Position numbers and translations under genes: made by a program. The notes beneath the pieces are model-generated. The model worked only from the letters and a program-made list of their open reading frames with translations, was not told where the DNA came from and made no database searches. A DNA stretch of 64,000 bases from Rhynchopus sp. YZ270_cl-10 (taxonomy: Eukaryota), in NCBI GenBank assembly GCA_964035575.1, contig OZ037833.1:1302001-1366000 (forward strand). Direction: 5' to 3'. How positions within the stretch are numbered: the stretch's first letter is position 1; every line of letters begins with the position of its first letter. This document shows, one piece after another, positions 55,178 through 64,000 of the stretch.

Positions 55178-55702
55178 ATGCTGCGGTCCATGCTGTGCTT
55201 CTGTATGGTGAGCGCTGCCGTCTCCAATGGTCTAGAGGAGGACCCGCTGTTTGCGGGACTTCCGGCAGGCGATATCGCGCTGATGCTTGCTGCGGGCGAG
55301 GGGGACGTGGCGAAGGTGCGTGAGGTGATGGAGGGGGGCGCAGATGTGAATGCACAGAACGCTGCTGGAGAGAGCGTCCTGCATGTGTCGGGCATTAAGG
55401 GCGACGTGGATGTGTTGCACCTCCTCCTTACGGGGGGTGCGGATGCGAATGTACACACAACTGCACCCAAGAGCCTTGACATGACACCCCTGCATTGGTA
55501 CGTCTACCACACACACGTTGCAGGTGTGCGTGTCCTCCTCGAAGAAGGTGGCGCCGACGTTAACGCCGTGTGCTTCGACGAGCAGCGCACCCACATGACA
55601 GCGCTCGACATCGCCATCTCGAAGATAGCTAACCCCGAGCTCGAGGCACTCCTTAAAGAGTTTGGCGGGCAGGTGTACGTCGAGCTTTCGAAGGAGCTGT
55701 AG
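55178..55702 (+). CDS. Ankyrin-repeat protein with signal peptide
   Basis: GADVNAQNAAGESVLH, GADAN, TPLH and TALDIA; hydrophobic N-terminus; ends SKEL. Confidence 0.88.
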   Translation: MLRSMLCFCMVSAAVSNGLEEDPLFAGLPAGDIALMLAAGEGDVAKVREVMEGGADVNAQNAAGESVLHVSGIKGDVDVLHLLLTGGADANVHTTAPKSLDMTPLHWYVYHTHVAGVRVLLEEGGADVNAVCFDEQRTHMTALDIAISKIANPELEALLKEFGGQVYVELSKEL

Positions 55703-56150
55703 ATGAACCACATGTGTGCAGATGTTAAAGGTCGAAGGCTCTCCTGACGAGGGCTTTTTTAAGGGGTCCCCTCTAGTGAGATCTTGAAGACTGAGGATGA
55801 AGAAGCGTTTCCGCTCATGAGGAGGTCACACAGAGAACCCTATTTGGAGGCGAAAATCTGGACACGGACTCCCAGGTTTCGCAAAAGGATGGAGGGGGAA
55901 AAATGTACTGAAAAAAAAAGGGGTGTTGTTGAGGTGCACAGAGGTGTGGAATGCGAGAAAAATAAATCGCAGGAAGTGCCACTATGAGGGGAGGCCACCC
56001 TGCTGTAGGTTTACCAAGAACGAGACAAAAGACGAAATATTTAAAAGCACTCCCACTTCCCCACTCACCCTCCCCATCTCAAATTCTGACCATTTTTTAG
56101 CTTTTTGAGACTCTCACCACCACACCACACCACACCACCTCAGCACACAA

Positions 56151-57839
56151 ATGCGTCGTGCAGTCACATGGGCGGCACTCCGGCCAGTGCCGTGCAGTGT
56201 GTCCACAGTGCGACGCAATGTGCCGCAGTGCGTCCCTCTGCTGCGTGCACGACGGTGGCGCTCGCACGACGTGAAGCCGACCACCACCACCACCACCACC
56301 TCCATCGCACCCGACACACCAACTGCGACACTGAAGGCACCAAGCAGGAAGGTCTCGAGTGTGGCCGAAGCCCCTCTCCCGTCTGCAGCTACCCCCGAGC
56401 CCACCCCCGAGGTGATGCATACAGACACTGCAGAGGCTGAGGCTGCAGGCACACCCATGCGGAAGATGACAAAGGCCATCGCGATCCTGACAGGGTCGCA
56501 GTTTCTCTCGAATGCGGGCTTTGCGTTGATGATCCCTGTGCTGCCGCAGTTTGCGAGTGAGATAGGTTTGGGTGCGACTGGTGTGGGTGCGATCCTGAGT
56601 GCACCTGCCCTGGCGCGTGTCGTCATGAACATCCCCCTCGGCAAGGCCGCAGACGTGTACGGGCGCAAGCCACTCCTCCTCTGCGGGTCGCTTCTCGGGT
56701 CCGCAGGTGCCATCCTCACCGCCCACGCCTTCTCCCTCGCGACTGTGCTTCCCGCACGCATCCTCACAGGTGCAGGGTCTGCTGCACTCATGACAGGAGC
56801 GTCCGCGTACATGGCAGACGTGACTGCAAAGGTGCCACACCAACGCGCGAAGGTCATGGGGGTCCAGCACACAGTATGTCTTATCAGCATTGTTTAGAGG
56901 CGTGTTTATAGCATTTGTGAAGGTTTTGGGGTTTTAAGGTGTCAGTATTGTTAGTATTTTTCTTAGATGGCTGAGGGTGAGGGGCTTAGGTCCGTCTTAT
57001 GAACTTTTCTCTTTTATTTTTCTTTGCTATTGTGCTCAATTACTTTGGAACTCTTGTCGATTCACCCCGTTTTGCAGATTGTAGCTGCGTCGTACGTGGC
57101 GGGGCCTGCTATTGGCGGTCTGCTTGCAGAGGCGTACGGTGTGCGCACTGCGTTCCTCGTGGTGGGGTGTGCGCTGGCCGCGTCGAGCTGTGCGTACTCG
57201 TTCCTGGAGGAGTCGAACCCGAAGACAGAAAAGCCGGCCAACGTGAAGGTGCCGGGTGCGTGGAAGATCCTGCAGGACAGCAAGGAGACACAGGGCGTGG
57301 CGGTCATGACAGGCGCGCTCTTCCTGGGCTACACCGCACTGCACTGTGTGCTGCCGCTGCACGCGGCTGCAACGCTAGGTGCCAGCACGGGGCAGGTAGG
57401 CATGCTGTTCTCTGCCGGCTCGCTAGCAGGGATGATCGGTGCGCCTACAGGGGGCTACATCGCAGACAGGTTTGGACGTGGTGTCGCAGTCGTGCCTGCT
57501 GCGGCGTTGTGCGCAACAGCGGCTGTCGCGCTTGCAAACGCAACGACGTACCCACTGTTCTTTGCGTCCATCGTAGCATGGGGCTTCGGCTCCTCTGTCA
57601 TGAACCCTGGGCTGACAGCGCTTGCAGCAGACGCAGCTCCGGCACACCTGCGTGGCGAGTCGCTTGCGATCCCACGGCAGGCAGGCGACATCGCGTTTCT
57701 GCTGGGGCCCATCTCCCTCGGCATCCTCGCAGACCTGTTCTCATGTGGCTTTGCACTCATGGTCACGTGCTTCTTCTACCTCGCTGCCGCCTTGTTCTTC
57801 GTGTGGAGGACACGTGGGTCTTCGTTGACGGGACTGTAG
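56151..57839 (+). CDS. MFS transporter (TetA/DHA1-like), 2 exons
   Basis: Motif A GKAADVYGRK and GYIADRFGRG, plus GPAIGG; exons 56151-56873 and 57078-57839 (GT-AG, phase 0); Arg-rich N-terminal extension. Confidence 0.9.
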
Positions 57840-59058
57840 CCTGATGGTTATCCGTTTTTTCTCTACAAAAACCTGTTCAGTTTTTGTTAGGTGTTATATA
57901 TTTGCAAGGGGGGTTTTTTATCACTCATGTCGGACTTTAAACTGCTCTTTTCAAAGTTCTTTTTGGATTATCTTGATCGGGGTGTACTTCTCTGCCTGTG
58001 TCGCTTGTGGACCAACACATCAAAAGGATTTGTCCCTTGGCTAACTGTGATGTATGGAGCGCATGGCAAAGGGTTGAGGTACACCTGCAGAGCAACGCAG
58101 AACGGGATTCCGTAGTCAAAGCTCGAAACTGGGGGAAGTGTTCTCAGACAAAGACCGCGCCTAGCGTCGCAATGGTTCATTTGTCCCGTCACGTTGTGTG
58201 TGAGCCCGTAAACCCCCGTTTTTGTGTCGTTTGCAACACCATTCAAACTAAAATAGTGGAGCTGTCTCTCATCTCTTCACTCCTTGGGATGAGGTGTGAT
58301 GTCTGTAAGCTTCCCTGTTCGTAGGATGGACAGAAAAACAAGCAGTATGAAAAGTGGATCATCCTCGGGTGGCTACACTAATACAAGAAAAAATCAAAAC
58401 ACCCATCTAGCTACTTCTGCCCTGACCTTACCCCTTACCCCCTTACTCTGTTTCCTTTTTTAAAAGATGTGTGCACGTGAGGCATTCGTCTTCCCCCCTT
58501 TTTATTATGGTTAGTTCCATCCTTTAGTTACTCTTCTTTCCCTTCTCACTTGAAGTGGCTGCAACGAGCTCCAGCAGTTCTTTGGTTCCTTTGAAGGCAT
58601 GTGGGCAGTTCCTGAGAGGAACAGTGTTCAAAATGTCTGTACCCAATGGGAGACCCGTTCTATTATTTTTCTCTTTTTTCATCTCCAAGTATGCCTTTCA
58701 TGTTTCTTTCTGCTGACTTCCTTAAGAAACGCAGTCAAATTGTATGAGTTGTGTTGCAATCATTGGTGTGTGTGCCATGTGCTAAGTCAGTGTGAACATG
58801 TCTGTGTTGTCTAATGCCAGTGATCTGGTAAAGAAGCTACAATGCAAGAGAGACGTGTCCATGGGGTTACCTTTTAAAGGATGTCCCATGAAGCACATTG
58901 ATCCCAAGTTTTTTTCCCCTTTATGCATCAGCCTTGTCAAAGCCCCTCCTGCCCTCCTTTCAATTTATTTTAAACTTCTCTTCTCACACAAACCTTCCGC
59001 CCTGTCTCAAGCTCTTTTTCAGACCCTTTTCAATTCTTGCCTTTTTTTTTCTTCCACA

Positions 59059-60738
59059 ATGAAAGTATCACTATTTCTCGCAGCTGCATGCGCCACTGCA
59101 GCAGCTGTGCCAGAGCTGCCGGTGTGGACGAGGTGGTGCGACAGCAACCTTAACAGTACCGACACGAGATGCAAAGACGACGGCGATGCCGGCGGCATGT
59201 GCAGTGCAGCAGACCTGATCTGTGTATGCTCCGAGGGCTACGGCCCGCTGTACGTAGACGGGGAGTGGAAGTACTTCGGATGCTACGAAGAGCTGCGCGA
59301 GGCATACATCTCACTCACCTTCGCCAGCGGGAGCTGCGAGACCGACGGCACACTCCCACCAAACGTGCGCAGCGGTGTCGTGGATGCAGTCCAAACAGCA
59401 CTCCCGAAGAGCGTCGTGACGTCGCTCTCGCATGTGTGCAACGACATCACCATCTTTATGACCGTCGACGTACCCGCACTCAAGGCAGCCAGCGTCACCA
59501 GCGCGCTCTCAAGCGGCATCCACGCTGCGCTCAGCACTGCGGCCAAGGCAGAACTAGGCGACACCGCACCCGTTGTGGACGCTGTCGTCGGCCCCTCGAT
59601 GCTGCCGCCGTCCCCTGCAGTGTACGGGAGCACGAACGCACCGCCCACCCTCACACCGCGTCTGTCAGAAGGGCCCGCCACCTGCCACAGCATCCCTACG
59701 GGCGACACGCTTGTTGCGTTCACGGTTGATATATCTGGTGAGTCGCACTGCAGTGCCGTGCGTTGTGCGCAGAGCTATGGGCTTGAGATGCGTGGCGAGG
59801 GGTCGAACATGACTGGCTTCGTCTGCGCACAGACATCGTCGCACACTACGTGCCTTGTGAGCGGCGACTGTACCGCAAACACGCTCAAGACGGCGTGCCA
59901 GAACGAGGTCTGTGTCGAGCCTGCTGCCCCGTCCAAGAACACCTCGCTCGCAGCACGCCCCACTTCGGTGGTGGAGAACGCGTGCCTTACCGACAGCGAC
60001 TGCGGCGTCGGCGGCACGTGCAACACGACACGCGAAGTGCAGGGCAACTACTGCATCTGCGGCGAAGGCTACGAGGTTTCGTCTGCATCGCTCGCAGTCT
60101 GTGTGGTGACAGGGTCCACGTCTGTGCAGCTTACGTACAACATCGACTTCCCGAACGGACCGTGCAGCACCTGGGATAAGTTGAACGTGAAGCAACAAAT
60201 GCGCGAGGTCATCGAAGAGTCCCTTGGACCACTTGCGTTGATGAAGGGTGCATGCGGCTCTGTGTCGGTGATGGGGAGCGCTCATGTGACCAGAGAGAAC
60301 GCAGAGAAGATTGCCTCCGGAGAGATCAGTGTTGTGGCAGTGGTGAACAAGAACATTGCGGACAAGGGCTCAGCGGACTTGTCGGACCTTGGTGAAGCTA
60401 CCCGTGCAGAGGTGGGGAACGGTGCTTCGTGTGTGTCTGAGGGTGCGGTGCTGGCCATCCCCGACATCCACGACAGGTGCCAGGCTGTTCAGTGTGAGTC
60501 TACGCACACTCTTGTGAAGGAAGAGGAGCTGTTCTCCTGCTCTGCACTGACTGCAGAGGTTCCTTCCTCCGACGACGACGATCTGACTAGTGTTGAGAGG
60601 GGGCTGATCGGGATCGGAGTCGTCTCAGGGGTCTTCCTGATTGGTATCATCATCATCGCCGTCAAGTTCTGCAGCTGCGGCAGCAAGGACAGCAGTTCTA
60701 GCAAAGAGACTACGAACGAGCCCACAGAAAACGCATAG
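59059..60738 (+). CDS. Cys-rich type I membrane protein with a duplicated ectodomain module
   Basis: Signal peptide; two EGF-like + linker + C.AV.C modules; DDDD followed by a TM helix. Confidence 0.87.
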   Translation: MKVSLFLAAACATAAAVPELPVWTRWCDSNLNSTDTRCKDDGDAGGMCSAADLICVCSEGYGPLYVDGEWKYFGCYEELREAYISLTFASGSCETDGTLPPNVRSGVVDAVQTALPKSVVTSLSHVCNDITIFMTVDVPALKAASVTSALSSGIHAALSTAAKAELGDTAPVVDAVVGPSMLPPSPAVYGSTNAPPTLTPRLSEGPATCHSIPTGDTLVAFTVDISGESHCSAVRCAQSYGLEMRGEGSNMTGFVCAQTSSHTTCLVSGDCTANTLKTACQNEVCVEPAAPSKNTSLAARPTSVVENACLTDSDCGVGGTCNTTREVQGNYCICGEGYEVSSASLAVCVVTGSTSVQLTYNIDFPNGPCSTWDKLNVKQQMREVIEESLGPLALMKGACGSVSVMGSAHVTRENAEKIASGEISVVAVVNKNIADKGSADLSDLGEATRAEVGNGASCVSEGAVLAIPDIHDRCQAVQCESTHTLVKEEELFSCSALTAEVPSSDDDDLTSVERGLIGIGVVSGVFLIGIIIIAVKFCSCGSKDSSSSKETTNEPTENA

Positions 60739-61166
60739 CCGGTGCTGACGGTTGCTCCCAAGGGTCCTACACGAGGCCAGTCAACCGGGGGGGGAAAACA
60801 CAGCCTCTCCACTGCAATACAAAAGAAAAACAACAACACAAAAAACAAAAAACAAAAAACACAAATAATAAAGTTGGGTCTATGATCGTCTCCGTGAGAC
60901 ACAACAGGCTGTGAGAGCCTGTGAGACCTTGTGAGAGTCTGTCAGACGCTGAGAGCTAGTGAAAAAATCTCTTCCCGTTCATAGAGGCCCAAAAGTGCTC
61001 GCATCTTCGGGAAATTCAAATCAAGAATTGAAAGAAAAAAAAGTACGAAAAAAACAAAAGCAAAAATAAATGAGGCAACGCTTGAATACAGGTGGGTGGA
61101 ACCTACCTGTTCCAACAATCTATTGAAAAAAATAAAATAAAAAAAAAAAATAAAATAAAATGGACA

Positions 61167-62045
61167 CAGGGCTCGCGCTAAAGTCCATCCCTCATCCCGG
61201 GATTTTTGGGGGTTTTGGTAGGAACGTTTTTTTTTTGCAGTACGGGGATTTCATTAAGAAACCAGAAGTTCTAATATTGTTGAGTAAGACCACCACATAG
61301 TGGACTTGCATGTACATGTGACCCCGCCGTGGAACGCAATTGGCTCGGAAAGTCAAAAGAAAGAGGAGAAAAAAGAAAAGGAAAAAAAAAAAAAAAAAAA
61401 GTTGGTTACCGTGCGCCTGCGGCGCTGCCTGTTCCCTTCCAGTTTCTACAGGCAAACACTTGCCCCCTTTACCTTACACTGACGGGTTTTGACCAAAACC
61501 AAGAACTTGTCCATTTCGGCAAATTGACCCCACCACAGAACGGACGAATTCCGGAAATGCAAATGCCGGTGTTTTCGCGCATTTTCATGTTGCAAGACGT
61601 CAGGATCAGGGAGAGAAAATCTGGTTGTGGGATTTACATTGGCCCTCTTTACCCACATGGATTTTGACCAAAACCAAAAAATTGGCCATTTCGGCAAAGT
61701 GACCCCACCACAGCGCGGGCGGATTCCGGAAATTCCAATCGCGGTATGTTTTGGGGCTGAAAACCCACTGATTTTCAGGAGAAAAATTGCTTCCAAATCT
61801 CGGAATTTTCCGAATTTTCCTGAAAATGACCCTTGTTTACGAGTATGGGTTCATATTTTGCGAAAATTTGAGTCACTAAAATTTTGTCCATTTTTCCGTA
61901 TATACCCCACCACAAGCCGGGATTGGCCCGGAAATGCCACAAAACGGGGTTTCCGGGCCTCCCCAGCTAACCTTTTCAAGGAACGTTTTTCCGTACCCGA
62001 AATCCATTTTTCCCCCATTTTTTCCCATAATTAGCGCGACCACTG
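61167..62045 (-). mobile_element. Non-autonomous hAT-type element, copy 2
   Basis: Reverse complement of 2939-3815; perfect 8-bp TSD AATGGACA. Confidence 0.9.
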
Positions 62046-62431
62046 AATGGACAGTCTGAAGACGGTTCGTGGAAAATTCACAGACACAGAGCCAAATGTA
62101 TGCCAAGAGAAAGCCCTCGGGACGGTTAGTTTGTTTCTTTTTTTAGGTGATTAAGCCCGCAGGCTTAGGCTCATCTCAACCTTTTTTTCTTTTCTTTTTT
62201 GTGCATGACGCGCATTCCTCTTCCAAGTTTTAGTTTTAGCCACCAGCACTTTTTGAAGCCCCGTGCCCCCCTTTTGTACGTATCAATTTTATTAGTTTCC
62301 CCCTCCTATTCTTTTTTTTTTCCCCCAGTGCCTTCGTCCGCCGATGAACGGTGAGGTGTTTGTACTCAGGCATATTGCTAACTTTGCCGAAAGTGGAAAA
62401 AAGCAAAACGGCGACACTTTTTTTTTCCCAG

Positions 62432-63717
62432 GGGAAGCCTCTTTTTTACTTTCAACGGATGTCATCCGTCCGATTTTGAGAAACCCCCCCCCTCCCCCCC
62501 GGAGAAGATTGTAAATTTGGCAACCTGAAGTTTTCGGCTTTTGGACAGACGTAAAAAAATTCGAAAACCAGCGGAAGTGGATTTCCGAGCTCCCCGCTTT
62601 TCACCACAAAAAAAATCGACCACTTTAGTGGAGTAGAAGCTAATTTAAAGTGGCTCCAGTACACAGTACACAGTACACAGTACACAGTACACAGTACACA
62701 GTACACAGTACACAGTACACAGTACACAGTACACAGTACACAGTACACAGTACACAGTACACAGTACACAGTACACAGTACACAGTACACAGTACACAGT
62801 ACACAGTACACAGTACACAGTACACAGTACACAGTACACAGTACACAGTACACAGTACACAGTACACAGTACACAGTACACAGTACACAGTACACAGTAC
62901 ACAGTACACAGTACACAGTACACAGTACACAGTACACAGTACACAGTACACAGTACACAGTACACAGTACACAGTACACAGTACACAGTACACAGTACAC
63001 AGTACACAGTACACAGTACACAGTACACAGTACACAGTACACAGTACACAGTACACAGTACACAGTACACAGTACACAGTACACAGTACACAGTACACAG
63101 TACACAGTACACAGTACACAGTACACAGTACACAGTACACAGTACACAGTACACAGTACACAGTACAGTGAAGTCAATTTAAAGGCTCCATGGGTCTTTA
63201 TACAGTAACGTATAGGGATTTCAGTGCATAAAGGGGGGTCGGCTCCACCAAAAGTTGCGTACCGTGGAGTGTGTTCCTGAATAAAAAAAATGGTCGGAAT
63301 TGAAAGATCGTAAAAAATAAATCCAAAGGAAAAAAATCGAAAACCTTCTTCAAAAGAAATCCAACTTAGAGACGCCACTGTGCTGCGACCCAAAGAGGAG
63401 GTTTTCTTAAGGAATTCCTTAAGAAACCTGCGTAGAAACGTTCCCAAAGGGGGTACCACAGCCAAAAATCACCTAACCATCCACAGAGGCATAAAAAAAA
63501 TCGTGCGACCCCGGAATTGAACGTTTTCGTAACCGATCTTTCCAAATAAATAAAATTCGAAAAAAAAAATTTGAAGAAAATTCATAAAATCCATGTGACC
63601 ACGGTTTTGTACTAGACCCCCCCGTTGCCAAATTACCAAACTTGTCCGCTCACCCCCCCGGAGACCCCCCCCTCCCCCCCCGGATGACATCCGTTGAAAG
63701 TAAAAAAGAGGCTTCCC
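62432..63717. mobile_element. PIF/Harbinger-like non-autonomous element containing a heptamer satellite
   Basis: 37-bp TIR GGGAAGCCTCTTTTTTACTTTCAACGGATGTCATCCG; 3-bp TSD CAG. Confidence 0.8.
62657..63168 (-). repeat. Perfect heptamer satellite (CAGTACA)n = (TGTACTG)n on the - strand, ~73 units
   Basis: Directly visible. Confidence 0.98.
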
Positions 63718-64000
63718 CAGGCCAAAAAAAAAATTTCCCCCCCGTTGAAAGCGGTCGTCGCGCGCTTCGCGCGCGCCTCCCTGCCAACCAGAGGGTATTA
63801 AAAAGCCCCCCTAGCCTCCACCAAAAAGATGGTTTTGTGTGAGGCAGTCATTTTTTTCTGTGCGGAAAACTCAGCGAAAAATATTCTCGGCATTTTGTGA
63901 TGCACGGCCAACCTACACCACCCCAACCCTTCTCTGCGGGAAAGCTTCCCTCCTCTGTGCCTTGGTAGCTTTCAGCCACTGGTGATCCGCAATCCGTAGT

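Noticed and set aside
2939..62045. Inverted ~880-bp repeats as ends of one giant 59-kb element
   Set aside because: Each copy has its own distinct 8-bp TSD, so they are independent insertions.

Overview
Repeat-rich eukaryotic genomic DNA, most likely from a diplonemid (Euglenozoa). The evidence is a 40-nt spliced-leader (SL) sequence closely resembling the diplonemid SL, GT-AG cis-introns, and host genes that all lie on the + strand. The host genes are a PP2C fragment, three related Cys-rich type I membrane proteins (one with a cytoplasmic PE-repeat/PDZ-like/EF-hand tail built from 5 exons), a stand-alone polo-box protein, a multicopper oxidase, NSUN2/Trm4, an AcpS-type PPTase, a Wee1-like kinase, and PLAC8, WW-domain, ankyrin and MFS proteins. 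The intergenic DNA and some introns are crowded with non-autonomous DNA transposons with 2-, 3-, 4-, 5-, 6- and 8-bp target duplications (TSDs), plus palindromes and heptamer satellites. The highlight is a complete tyrosine-recombinase (YR) retrotransposon at 9467-14206 (- strand). It has gag-YR-RT/RNaseH order and split direct repeats A1...B1-A2-B2, and it has recombined in phase into a (TGTGTTG)n microsatellite. Its 5' repeat A1 carries a DNA copy of the host spliced leader joined exactly at the AG acceptor still visible in A2. Its gag end shows both a -1 slippery site into pol and an in-frame UGA-C into YR. A solitary SL RNA gene-like locus with the identical leader lies at 49965. All calls are by eye; no database searches were run.
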